A DNA stretch of 62,962 nucleotides, filler included, from Sphacelaria rigidula (Eukaryota), in assembly GCA_964200075.2 (NCBI GenBank). It is 9 parts of 9 records of this genome, joined end to end, with 100 filler letters (N's around TTAATTAATTAA, not from the genome) between each part and the next. Parts side by side here need not be neighbours in the genome. Positions count along the whole stretch, not along the records: positions 49,051 to 55,956 come from CAXNAA020017479.1; positions 56,057 to 62,962 come from CAXNAA020017480.1; 7 more parts are not named here. One strand, given 5' to 3'. Below the pieces are notes generated by a model that had not been told where the DNA came from, did not search any database, and saw nothing but the letters and a program-made list of their open reading frames with translations. The translations under genes and the position numbers were made by a program. Every line of letters begins with the position of its first letter. Positions within the stretch are counted from its first letter, which is position 1. Shown one piece after another: positions 50,381 through 62,962 of this stretch.

Positions 50381-53300
50381 CTCGGGAAATGCGACCTGAA
50401 ACCCTCTTCTTGCACCTCATGCGCCCGCACCAAGTACATCAACCTGTTCTCCCTCAAGAACTTTTGCACGGCGTTGTACCCGAACATGTAGCTGCACCCT
50501 CGCACCTGCGGTCGGCATCGAGGATGACCGTATTTCATACATCCGGAGGGTGGTTTGCCAAAAAGCAGAGGAACAAGCATGCGGGTGTGGGAGAAGTAGG
50601 ACACGGAAACAAGCACAAACACTGCGGAGGGAGGATCCTACAAAGCCTAGGCTAGGTGCCACCCCTCGCTGGGGTCCAAAACACCATGGTGGGAGAAGCC
50701 GACGTTATCCTAAACCAAGTAATTTTAGGTTATACTAAAAATCAACGACAGCCCTTGGTTTCAAGGTGGAAGAACCAAATTGTTATTGGAAAGTAGTTAG
50801 TTACTCGTATTTCACCACACATGACCTCGTTATCAGGTCAAATTTTCCGTTCTTACTTCACTGTCTTGCTTCGACTATCGTTCTTGCTTGATGTACTCCG
50901 TTCGTTATATCTTCCAGTACACCATCATCCTTGCGGTGTACTCGGGCATCAGACAACCTTTGATTACCTGAATGACGAATAAATATTTTTCCAGGGAAGG
51001 GTTTCGCCGTTGGAACTGATGAATACGTCATTCCTTCATCTAGCCCATCGGCGGTTGAGTTAGTCCGTGGTGGGATGAAATCTGCTCTTGGTCGACACCA
51101 TCTTTGTTAGTCTCCATCGGGTCCATACAACTGACAGTGCGTGTGGCAACTGACCTGGTTGGCGACATAGTCCGTGTCCAAGAACTGTCGGTACTCGTCG
51201 TCGGTGAGCTTATGCCGATCATCCTCGTTCATGGGATCTGCCCACAGCATGTCGCACAAAGGCCCTTGCATCTCCGGCTCGGCAAATCGATCGATTTCTT
51301 CGATATCCGACAGCGATTGCACCTGCATTTTTAGGTCGTGTTCAGCAGTCGAAACACCGTGGTCGATTTCACGATCAATAACACCATGAATGGGTCGATT
51401 AAACAGCGAGAGAGTTGAATGACAGAGGTACGTTTACGCGAACTGGTCGACAACTTCCATGGTTAAAACTACTCTGTTCTGATCAAACCTTCACACCAAC
51501 GCCACCGCCACCGCCACCGCTAACGCTAAGACGCGTCACTACTACTAACGATGCTACTAGCCTTAACCCTCAACGGAGGGCACACACCGAGAACCTTCGG
51601 GCAAGGATGGGGGAGGGGATATGATACAGAATGCAAAGTGTGTGGCGGGGGGAAAGCTCAAGTTGGCGTCTACGGCGCCGATTTGAGCCAGAACGAGTTT
51701 TGTGTACGTTGTTGTGCGGGCACCTGGGACTTTTACCCCCCCCCCCCCCAGCAAATTTGACAAGCTTCCGAAACACATCCAAACATCTGACATCAAATTA
51801 GACAAATACACCTTTGGGGTCATGTTGGACTACAAGCGCTCCCGTGGGTGAGGCTTAGTCGATATATGAGTCATGAGGCACTCACCTCCGGGCTTATGCC
51901 CCCGTGGCACGCGAAGATACGGCCTATGGTTGTATGGATGAGCGCACAGATAGGCATCGTCTGCACGACAACAGCAAAAAAAGAGGGTGAAGGGGGAGGA
52001 TTACTGTGCTGCGTTCAGGAGGGCTGACTGGACAATCATGTAGATCATTCACGTTGCAAATTGATTGTTGTCCTTTACATGAGATATCCAGATATGTTTG
52101 AAAACACTACGTTGTGTTTTTTTTTATCCGAGTCGCCTCGGTGAGTCGACCTTATAGTACATCACACCATCGCCGCATGAGACCCGAACGGTGCTGATGT
52201 GTCAATAGTGCTGCTCCAATTCCTGCTACTGTACAGTATATGGCAACTTGAACAGCACTCCACCACCGCCAATACACTTGCGTTGGATTCATCATTTTCC
52301 CACTCAAAAACCAATTCATGAATGGTTGGTCCGTTCGCTGTTTACAAGATTAGTACACGACCTGACTGATTGACTGCTGATCGAGGTATCCCAAGATCGA
52401 TTGATCAAGACGGCAGCAACACACACACGCACACACACACAGGAGTAACACCACCGAAACACACCCATGGACGGCGAACAGCGACCGCGCACACAACCTA
52501 ACCGTCATCGGGTGACCGTGTCCTCCTACCATCACTGGACATTGTCCTTCGTTGTTGGACACCCGATCGGATATTCTTTCACACAACACACAGCAAAACA
52601 CAGCATATATTTCATTCCCGTAAAGAGCACACTGCAGATCGCATATTCATTTACACACCGCACAGCAAAACACATCTGCTTCCTTTCCGTAAAGAGCACA
52701 CTGCACGTAGCACCGCCACAACAGACACGGTGGTGTAAAATGTTGGGAGGATGCGCACCTGGAAAGACAGCAAGAAACGATAGTACACGGTCAGCCCGTA
52801 CTTGGCTTTGCACTCGTCTTTAAATCCGAAGTGCGAGGAAACCTGTCCTTGTACAGACGCAAGTTTGTTGGCAAGGGAAGAGAGGAAGGGAGACGGATAA
52901 ATACAGACGGACGAAAGGATGGAAGCGAAGACACGAAAAAGGATAGGGCACAAACAGCCAGAACGTCGGACAAAGCCAAAGACGGCCGGCCAGACATGCC
53001 TACAATCAAGAGAGATGGGATCAACACGAAGACATGAGGCACATAAGGCAAACGGGGGGCTTATATAAGACAAAAAAACGGAGGACATACATGAGGCAAA
53101 CGGAGGACTCACATGAGGAAAACGGAGGACTTACATATGGCAAATGGAGGACTTATATGAATAATATGGAGGCCTTACATACGGCAAACGGAGGACTTCC
53201 AGAAGGCAAGCGGGGGACTTACATGAAGCAAACGGAGGACTTACGTAAGGCGAGCGGAGGACTCACATGAGGCAGTCGGACGAGACCTACATACGGCAAG

Positions 53301-53985
53301 CGGAAGAGCTTTGGCGGCCAGGAGGAGAAAGAATGCTCTCTCTGCAGCACTCCATCTGCTAGACAGTAATCTAATAATACTCTCCAGCATACATGAAAAT
53401 TTGACTCTGTGAAGTACAAGACAATAACCAGTCTTTGTCTGCGGTTTTCGGCAGTTGAAAAAAAGGACGATTTGCACATCCCACCATGACGATCACGGGA
53501 ACCAGCGAAGAATGGCGCGTGGCATGCTGAAAGGACCGCTATCAGCTTGCAGTATAAACGGTACAACGCAAACTAGACCGTTCGTTGAGAAAGGGTATCT
53601 TACGGGATTGTTGCCAATGACCTCTTTCTTTCTCGCTCATTTGGGTTGTTCACCATTCATCTATTTTTTACGGTAAACACGGTAAACACTGATTCGGCAG
53701 CACAAGTGGCCATATCGTAGGTCTCCTACTGAAGACATATTGGGGGGGGGGGAGGGGGGAGGGCGACCGGTATAAAATATACTGCCGTGATCTTTGTAAC
53801 ATCTCCGTACACCGTGTCCTATGACATCATGCTCTGTACAGAAGTAAGGAAATAATCCGATTTTGTTGTTGAATTTCTCACCGCCGAACATTCGTGATTG
53901 CCTCGAATGAGGAAAACCTTGTTCGGATGCCTCAGCTTGAGCGCGAAGAGATGGAGTATGACCTCGCATGAAAATTGCCCCCGAT
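50381..53985 (-). CDS. PPP-family Ser/Thr phosphatase, calcineurin A (PP2B)-like. Internal exons 53985-53882, 52842-52759, 51960-51886, 51322-51155, 50505-50381
   Basis: Spliced [85 protein letters not shown]. All junctions are GT-AG and phase-consistent. Confidence 0.92.
53030..53302. repeat. Intronic minisatellite, ~22-bp unit ACATGAGGCAAACGGAGGACTT, about 12 diverged copies
   Basis: Repeated (G)CAAACGGAGGACTTAC cores with no unique spacers. Confidence 0.9.
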
Positions 53986-54631
53986 CTAGAAGAATAACAA
54001 CAACGCGAAGACGTACGGAGTTTAAAGGATGGGGTTTGATCAGACGCATCTATTGATTGGATACCTCCACTGATTCGCCGCGGAAATAGCTATGCCCACA
54101 AGATAAGATGGATACAGGAAAGGTGGACGGTTTTTCTTGTACCATATCACCGCAGGGTGGGGCCATCTCCTGTAGAGCTTACCTCCAATTTGGCGCCATT
54201 GAGCGATGGTTGAATGTATACTTGGTTATAGTGCGGACCATCGTATTCGGATCTTCATGGCGGGGGGGTCACAGCCCCAAGCACCCTCACCCAGCTTGGG
54301 CGTAGCGTTCGCGGCACGTCTTCTGGCTCTTGCGCCGACTTGAGCCAAATCAAATCTGTACATTGCCTAGGGCGTACTGTATTCAGTTTACTTTTTTCCC
54401 GCCACACCTCCAACCCCGCCCTTCCTCGGGACGAACCCCTGGTCTCCAGGGATGTACTTCATCTCTCTCCCAGCACACGCCTTGCATGTTGGCCTCGCGG
54501 ATTGGATCATGACCATCAGCACTTCCCCCGCACCGCGTCAACTCTGGTGAAACAAACCGAGTCAGAGCTATTTTTGTAACTCACCTCCTCACCTTCTCAC
54601 GCTTTCAACGATGAGATAAAAAAATTCTGAG

Positions 54632-54726
54632 AAAAAAAAAGGTGAGCAAGATGAAACTGGCGGGGATCGAACCCGCGTTATTTCCACCTCAATGCTGTCA
54701 ATTGTACCATTAGACTACCCCGGCGC
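54632..54726 (-). pseudogene. tRNA-like Pol III unit (tRNA pseudogene or SINE head) ending in a T-run
   Basis: Minus strand GCCGGGGTAGTCTAATGGTAC..GCGGGTTCGATCCCCGC..TTTTTTTTT has an A box and a perfect T arm. Acceptor and anticodon stems do not pair. Confidence 0.6.
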
Positions 54727-55370
54727 GGCGCACGCAGCCCCCACTCCCGAGGGTTCTCGGTCTGCCTTGAGTTGAGGTGAAGGATGGGGTAAGGGTTAGC
54801 GCTATGGTTTGACGAAAACAAAGCATGTATCAACCATTACTTCATGGCGCCGACCTGCCGTAAAACCCACCTGATGTTTCAATTTTGTGTTTTCTCGGGC
54901 AATGTCCGTCATGTGACCACGAATAGATCCCGGGGAAATCAGTTCAAGTGCGACGAGCAAGCAAGCAAGCAATCAATCATCTCCGGAATCGGCATTATTT
55001 TGTCACTTGACAAAAGTGTTCAAGATATACATGACCCACCTTGCGGGTCTAAGGCTTGAGGAGGAACAATCACTAGGCACATCACAATACATGCAAAAGC
55101 ATGATGCAGAACGTGTCACATGATCAATACGAGAACGATGGATATGGAAAAACCACGGGGCAGTTTGACGTTGCTCCCCGACTGCATCAGCAACAATTGA
55201 ACAGGACGAAAATCTCCACCTTGCGTAGTATATTGATTGCACATGTGAAGACACAACACACGATGATCTAGATAGTCACGACCAATGCAAATCGCAGAAT
55301 ATTGGTCCTGTATATACATTCGACGTTGCACATTTTCAGGAGTGCAGACAAACATAATATATATATATAT

Positions 55371-55437
55371 ACGTCTATCGTGCGACCACGGCTGAATCCA
55401 TGGGTGATCAGTTAAAGTACGACAATCAATCAATCAT
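55371..55437 (+). mobile_element. Very short LINE 3'-end copy with (TCAA)n tail
   Basis: CGTCTATCGTGCGACCACGGCTGAATCCATGGGTGATCAGTTAAAGTACGACAATCAATCAATCA. Confidence 0.7.
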
Positions 55438-58400
55438 TACATGGCTGATCTGATGTGGGGCACGTCATACGGTAGAAGGCGAAAACACACAAACAATTCA
55501 CAACCCCTCACCAGTCACCATCGACTTCGCAAACAGATCAGCGCTCGCGGCGCCGAAGTAAACACCCTGCAACAGAAAACATCTCAGCCCCTGGGCCAAT
55601 CAAAAAGACCGCAACGAAGTCGATGACAGACACCAATCATTTAGGGGTACACCGTCCTCAAAAACCGTGACAATTTTTTCTCAGCTGAGATGTCTGCTTT
55701 TGGCGGGCGGCACTCAAAATTTATTCCTACAGGCTGGTTCACGCTTATCAACCTCAAAACATTCATTCGCGAAACTTCACGCCGTTTTCAGGAGATAGAC
55801 GCTGAATTTTTGCCCAATTTTGCTGTGGGTCATTACGCAACTTCCGAAGGTCGATGTCGTTATACTTTTTGATTTTTTCCACCGTTGTGGGGGGGGGAGG
55901 GGGGGGAAAGGGTCCCAGGGTTTTGGGAGATACTTGGATACCGCCGGACCCCCCCGNNNNNNNNNNNNNNNNNNNNNNNNNNNNNNNNNNNNNNNNNNNN
56001 TTAATTAATTAANNNNNNNNNNNNNNNNNNNNNNNNNNNNNNNNNNNNNNNNNNNNAGACTTGTTTATTATTATTTCACTAACGCGTCCTGAACGTGGTG
56101 TTAGTGAGCTTCAGTCCCAAAAGGGTTAAGAAGGCCCTCATGAACCCAAGTCAGCTTTTGGTATCACCTTACTGGCAAACTACCACAAGGTCGGGGGTTA
56201 TCACGAACCATCTCACAGTTTCGCCTTGAATCAGCAAACGCCAGCAAATAAACAGACCTTAGGCAACTTATTATTCGACGTGGACATCAGCCACTGGTGC
56301 TGCTGCTCTGCTGCTGCTCTGCTGTAGAAAGGGTGTTATCGTTCTTTTTGTTGTTACTGATGCTCTTCTTTCATAACATAAGCCCGATCTCTCGAACCCG
56401 TGGTCACAGACGTATATACTAAAAGGCATATTGCCTGCTAGTTTCCGCGGATTTCGGTTCCCTAGCCCCCCATGGTGTTACCGGTATTGTCCGGTGGGCA
56501 GGTAATAGACGCCCCTGGGGAAAATGAATCGAATGACGTTCCCAGAGTTACGAGCCAGCCCACTATGATGACCACCACAGCTGAGGCTTGTCTCACGGCG
56601 TGTCTTGACAAAAATGAGCTGGCGAGAAAAGCGGAATTGGTTCGATTCAATTCGCTCGTTTTGCGCGGTTTGGGCACGAGTGAGTTTGCAAGCGCAAAAA
56701 CGAAAAAAGCGGCAGAATTGGCAAAGCGGGCAACGCGCAGTAGAAAGTAAAAAAGTGCCGAACAAACTGCATAGAGTGCGATGTATCAGGAATTGAACAT
56801 CGTGCAGTTTTAAATTTTGTCAGAAATTGTTAATGAGCGTCTACGCAATTCAGTCGCCCACCCGCACCACAAAATAAGATGGTCAAGTTTTCTCCAACAA
56901 GAACAAATACAAAACGTGCCCGCCAAGAGGGTGGTGGTGTCGGTTTCCAACCTGATACGACGTAAGTTAGAAAGTGTCCAAACCCGCAGGGGTAGTACTT
57001 GAAGTAACCAAACAAAGTCAGCCGCCGTGTCTTGGTGGTGTAATGATCATATCCAACTGAGACCATTAGGAGGGTGATGAGAACGACTGGTACTAGTGTC
57101 TGATTTGCACTGTCGAGAGCATGAGGACGTGAGAAGACGAAAAGTCGGTGACCGAAATTGTTTGTTGAAAGTTGAAAGTTGACGCGATGCGAGAGTGCTG
57201 CCAAAATACAAGCCTTTTTGAGGCTTGTACCGGGGAGAGCGGGTTTCCCTTGCCGATTCGTCCCGAGGAAGGCGAGACTATACACACACATACACACGCT
57301 GTAAAGCCGGATATAAACTTTCCTCGTGCTTGCGTTGGGGGAGGGATGATGTGGCCCATGTAGAGGTCTGAATTTTCCCTGTCGCTTGACACCTGAGCGG
57401 TATTGGGTATTGTAATGTATTATAATGTACTACTGCAGTGTTTGCCTCCCTGTGCTCAACTTGTGGTTGCTTCTATACTGCGGGGTTGCGGTGGTAGCTG
57501 AGATGAATTGCGTGGGGTTTGCGTGCGGCTGTAAACGGGTGGTATCTGACGTGGTTGTCCGCAAAATAGTAGTCAGGTTCCCCCTCGTGCTTTTCCGCCG
57601 CTTTTTCTCGCTGAAAAGCTAAGGATCCATCATGACGAGCTGAAGAAAAACAGCGAAAAGTAGAGGAAGCGTCCAAAAGCGGCATGTCGATTGGTCATCT
57701 CGCCACGTGATTACGCGGCGACCAATCAGCATCAGCATGCTGATTTTGGTCGCTTTCTTTCCTCTTGACTGATTTTTCCGCCCGATAAGACTTGGCTTAA
57801 AATGATCGTTTTTAACATTTCCGGTAGCAAGGGCAGACGCGAGGAATCTTGGATGAAGTTATGAGGAACATCGATGACGAAGACCTGTCTGGTTGGAATT
57901 TCACGCTTCCGCTGCAGATTCTCGCTGGATTGTGGGGAGACACCCCCTGATCACAAGATGATTCAGGAGAAGAAGCGGCGGAATAAAAAATGTTGTGTAT
58001 GTTCGCTCGTTTCGCCAGGTGCGTGTGCGGGTGAACTTTTGACGGCATAATGAGAAAAGGCGGCGGCTGTCGTTGTGGCCAAATAGCAGCCCCCACCTTA
58101 TGGTTGTTCACGCGCTGATCATGTGCGGCGCGCTTTTTTATTTTCTTCATGGAGTATTTCGCGATGTTTGCCAATACTTTTTCTTCTGTTCGCCATCGAG
58201 GGGAACATAATCCAGCGGTGCAATCAAGGACTCGCTGTGGTACGCGTCTGTCATAATGCCCGTACCTGAGGCACAAGGACACGTCAGCTTCTGATCTCAC
58301 TGTCTCAGGGTCGACAATGAGCCGTAGCTATGGGTTAACTGAGTACGACGTTTTGGGCTCCGGGCGATTTGGTTCAAAATTGAATGAAACGCCATGATTT

Positions 58401-60602
58401 CTGTCAGATGGGCGCCTTATAGCACATCCACATACGTTCCAACGACCCCATATCGGGCAACTTTTGTGGCACACACACCGCCGACCCTCTTCTTGTACCT
58501 TGGGATTAAAACGGATTGCCGTGAAATAAACAAAGTGTGTAGACGAACAAGACCTAGCGCTAGGCGTGATGCGCTTGTGCTGTGGGTGTCCATGCGTGTT
58601 TGTTCTGGCTGGTTCGGTAGGTGTCCTGTATTCCGATCAATTGCTTCAGTCACGCCCATTGAGATTTCCAGACCTGTTTCCCACTGCGTCCAGTGCCGCA
58701 AGAAACAACGCTCTTCCAAAAACTTCAGTTTCGTTTTTTCCTCGTGAGGAATGACCCAAACTGGTCGTTGTAGGTGGGCAGGTAAGCTGCCTCGCTCGTC
58801 TTGTTTTTGCTTCTCCTCTTGTCTCTACAGGACACGGCTTTACCTGTCGCTTATCGAAGCCATGATAATTAACCGCGAGCCAGGTCATCATATAGTGGCT
58901 TATGTTCGGCCATGTTCCAACTGAACTAATACTGATACATATTCCTTGTGTTGTCATGTTTAAGCGCATGTCTAGGAAAAATGGGTTCCCATACAGTACA
59001 ATAGAACGGCACCTCAGGAAAAAATGAAGGGCGCGGGCGAGGGTGAGAGGTGCACACCATGGCGGGCTCGAATGCAGACGTGGCGTATAAACGAGTGATC
59101 TCTGGTTGTGGTGGTACAATAATACACCACCCCGCGAGATTGTGGTTGCAGGGGATACGCGATTTTTGAGCGTTGGCACATATCATTGCCCTCGATTCTG
59201 GGTTCAGAAGTATTGAGTGGATGAATGGACGGGTACAGGAAATGGTACCTTTTATTTTTTTATTCGTCGCGTTGACTCAACGCGATTTTACGATGAAAAT
59301 TTTGAGATGGCCTTCAATCAGGCGTACCACATGACTCGCTGCCCCTCTTTTGTCCCAGGCCACCGCGAAGACACAAGCGACCCGCCACACAGTTGTCAAT
59401 ACACAACACAACTCAAAGAGCAGTTCCATCGCTGACTGCAGTTTTCAAATCTACCTGCAGATCACGCGAAAATGTCAGCAGGTGAAGAACAATGGACAGT
59501 GATGGACAGTGACCAATGGGCCATCAAAAACGAGGACGATGCCCTCTGTTAGCTCTTGTACATTCTTCGCAGGACGGGGCTCTCGCGTCTTGGGTTGGGT
59601 GCAGGGGGGGTCGGGGGGGGTGTAGTGGGCCCTGCCTATCCACCGCTTCCCCACAGCAAGTCATATTCAAGGGAGGTTATTTTCGATTGCTGCGTTCGGT
59701 TATGATTTTGGCCAAAGTCGGTAAGAACCTGTAAGATATCGGCGCCTGTGCGGTAATGCGGTAACGTACATCCCTGATTTTCTTGTGCGGCATGCTCGCT
59801 TGCAAAGGCTGAGATTAGGTGTGTCGGATCCTTCGGTAGCAAATGCCGAAACTAGGGAAGTAAAGTGGAGCAATTAGGGACATGCGTGACGTGTACCCTA
59901 TATATTGGGCGTTGTAATCCCTCCGCTTCCTCTGCCTAGCCCAATTTTTTTAGAAGGGTTAGGGTTCTGACGACGCTGCGGGAAGGGTCGAAAACATTCA
60001 TGTCGCACCAGGCAGAGATGGGCCGGGGGCGGATATGTGTGCGGTCGCCGCGCTAAAGTAGTATGCATACGCCACGTCGTCGTGCGGGTGGTATGAGATT
60101 CAGTGCATTCTGTTCCCAGAGACCCGAGTCAAGCAAAAGGCCTGGGCATGATGATGTCGAAGGTTATGACAGCGCGGCTCCAGAAATACGCACAGAGTGC
60201 GGGGTCGGGGGGCACGAAGTTCACTGTGCACCCTTTTGGGGTGGAGGCACGCAGTCGCTAAGTACGTTAGCCGGCCACGATTACGCGACGATCTTGTACA
60301 ACATGGAGCGCAGACGGCCCATACTGTACAAGCTGAACTATACCGTTTGTGCTGCACGTTACCCTGTGTTGTACCGTACCCTATTCGCCGCCTGACTGCA
60401 AGTGTGCGCTGAGGAGTGGTCTCGAGGATGTACTCAAATCTGAGTGATATACATACGGTCAAACATGCCCAACCATTTACCGTGGGCCTATACCCAGCGT
60501 TCCCCATCGCTAACCCGAGTACTGTACCATCCCGTTGGCGATGTACCACTGCACTGTGTACTCACGCTTTTCGCTGCTTTCTGTTTTCGATCCCGCACGC
60601 AG

Positions 60603-60871
60603 CATGAGTATCAACACCAACTGGAGTTTAGCCACGATGATACCGCTGCAAACGATGCTCGAGCAGCCAGGCAGCAGCGGGCGAAAGGGACGACGCTAGC
60701 CAAATATACTTCTGGAGCGCTCAAGGGCACCGGCAATCGAGGGCGGCAGGTTGCGGTGGCCGCTGACAGGCGAAGGGCCGAGCGTGCACTCCAACGGGAC
60801 GGCTACCGGAATAATGTCGGCGACGCCCATGACGCGCGGGACGTCCAACGAGCACGCTGGGTTGTGCAAAT

Positions 60872-60902
<31 letters not shown>

Positions 60903-62313
60903 CAACAGCAACAGCAACCGGAAGGACAAGTGTCCGGAGGCGAAGGGCGTAAAAACAGCAGTTCAGAGGAGGGGGGACAAGTGGGATCGCAAGGACTCAA
61001 GGGGATAAGCCAGGGACAACGACGACGGCATCAACCGGCTACCGCCCCCACATACCTTCTTGATGCAATCGTTGTCGGTGATACGACTTCGGGAACTGCA
61101 CAGCGACGCCAGGCGAGTCTTGGGGTGTCGCTCTTCTGATGTCGATGTCTTGTAGTAAACTAGGCGCCGTGTACTTCAGGACAAGAAAAAGTCTATTCTA
61201 TTAGAGTATTTATCTCTTTCTCAATCTCTCCCCCTTTGTTTCGTTCCTCCCCGTGTGATACACTGAACGTTTGGTGCTTTCTTCCGTAGGGCTCCGGTCC
61301 AGAACAACGGAGCCACAATCTCCTCCAACGGTATTTTTGTTTTTTGTGCGGGTGCACGAGCTTCTTGCTCACGGCCTTTTCCCCCTGAAGCCATGCTGCA
61401 CGCCAGCCATTTTTAGTCTCATTTCGTTTTTCATTCGTTTTTCAATGTTCATCGGAAGCGTTTTTTCTCCTCTAGTTCTTCTCACTTCGTTCCCCTTTCA
61501 ACTTGTTTTTATGTTTCTATTTTCAGTTCACTCCTTTCTTTCTGTATTCCCCACTTCTCTCGTTGTTTAGGGGGCGTCTCCGTTTTCTTCACCGTTCACC
61601 TTGGGTGCGTGTATCCTGTAACCACGGCTGTCCCTGTCCCTGTCTGTTGACAGTCTATCCCTTTCCTTCGGAAGCCAGCCAATATGCGACCGCGACGATC
61701 AATCAATCTATTGAGATGGCAGAGAAACGCATTCGATCTGAAAAGCGACCGTGCCATTGGGGAACAGCGCACACGGGGATGAATTCGCCGTAACATGATG
61801 TTCCTGCATGCAGTCGCAGGCAGCACGGACAGCGAAGCACAAGCTCGCTCTATCCCGCCTTGTTCGACGTTCCTCACCGTCGTTACACTGTACCTGTACT
61901 GTACCGTGCATGTCGTGCTTCGTTCGACTCAGACACCTCCACACGATGCCCGGCGCGGGTCATGTACTCTGTCGAGTAAACGACGACGGCAGCGACAGCA
62001 AGGCGTGCAAGTAGAGGTGGTCTCGGACGATGAGGAACACAAACAGAGCAACCAACCATCACCCTCACCGCAGGCACCGCCCTCACCAGAACTCTTCCTC
62101 CAAGATATTGCTGATACGCCCACCATTCCTGCCACGTATCTGCCATCGGAGCAAGCTGCAAGTGCAGATATCGTTGAAACGTACAAGCCTAGCAGTTCAC
62201 CCGCGGGTGAAACTCAAGATACAGGATCTTGGAATTGTGCCGTGTGCACCTTCTGCAACAGCAATACCTTGGGACTCGCGTGCGAGCTGTGTGGCAACGA
62301 GCGTTCCTCTTGA
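60603..62313 (+). CDS. Last two exons (60603-61112, 61933-62313) of a polyQ-containing protein with a C-terminal RanBP2/NZF zinc finger
   Basis: WNCAVCTFCNSNTLGLACELCGNER* fits W-x-C-x2-C-x3-N..C-x2-C. The exons join in phase 0 via CAG|GCGAGT...TCAG|ACA. Confidence 0.75.
60872..60917 (+). repeat. (CAG/CAA)n coding microsatellite (polyglutamine)
   Basis: About 15 Gln codons in frame. Confidence 0.9.
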
Positions 62314-62962
62314 GATGGGGTAGTGCAGTTAGTAGTCACCGTCGCACCACCTGGACCTTGTGCGTAGACGTCCTTGATGGATGATCGCCTGCATGATGAC
62401 GCATCGCAGGAATACGCGTGGTGAGCTATTCACAATGTGCTGACATTGGTGCTAATAGGTTGCAGCTGTTACTTGTTTTGCAGAGAAAGGCAGCAGTGTA
62501 AAGAGACAAAGCTGTGAGTCTCTACACTATGGGTGGGTTACTATTACTAGGTGGATTGCGAGATGGTGGCACCACACCGTACGTTCGCAGAGCAACGACA
62601 ATTTTAACGCTGTTCGAGTACTGCAGCTGGACAGTGTGTGGTGCTTTGGTTCGCAGGGATTCTGTCGGCAATTGAACAGACGCGTGGGGTTGTCCTCTGT
62701 TTTTGCTTCCGTGTTTCGTTGTGTGATACTCATGGAGAGTTGCATGCGTGCACGCGTCTTGTACGGACGAGAACCGATGATACCCAGTTAGCAAGCCGAG
62801 TGCAGGTAATAGCGTCCAAACGACTAGTACTGGTACCCCCACAAGCGTGCGCGGGGCAGGTAGTGTCGTATAGGGGGGGGGGGGGGGGGGGCGGTCCCCT
62901 TTGGGGGGGGGGGAAGAAAAGCAAATTTTTTTTGCTGTGGGTGAAAGCATGCTGAACCCAAC

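Noticed and set aside
53030-53302. CRISPR-like array
   Set aside because: Units are contiguous and degenerate, with no unique spacers and no cas genes. It lies in a spliceosomal intron.
56460-59200. Decayed transposase or host exons in contig 9 (similarly 900-1300, 2560-2760, 33937-34580)
   Set aside because: Composition is coding-like in places but there is no recognisable motif. A translated profile search would be needed.
59955-59966. True telomere (AGGGTTAGGGTT)
   Set aside because: Only two units, internal to the contig.
60120-60262. Upstream exon of the NZF gene
   Set aside because: A good acceptor exists, but frame and donor could not be reconciled with the phase-0 exon at 60603.

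Overview
The window is not one locus. It consists of nine unrelated eukaryotic contigs of 6906-6908 bp, sorted by decreasing length and joined by an artificial 100-nt spacer (N44-TTAATTAATTAA-N44). Nothing should be linked across spacers. The intron-rich genes, roughly balanced GC, abundant CpG and gene content suggest a stramenopile, probably a brown alga (inference). Host gene pieces: 7 exons of TAM41 (mitochondrial CDP-DAG synthase), 5 exons of a calcineurin-A-like PPP phosphatase, the last exon of a KP-43-type S8 subtilase, WW-like domain exons, and a polyQ/NZF zinc-finger gene with a probable GC-AG intron. Mobile DNA dominates the rest. It includes a head-to-tail tandem of Ty1/copia copies sharing one LTR with a half-tRNA-iMet PBS, a second decayed copia, a tRNA-derived SINE family, LINE 3' ends with (TCAA)n tails, several MITEs/fold-backs and a dispersed telomere-like/hairpin module. 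The most interesting candidate is a Ty3/gypsy chromovirus whose integrase carries a cage-degenerate chromodomain followed by a second, Tudor/SH3-like module. All domain calls are by eye, without database searches.
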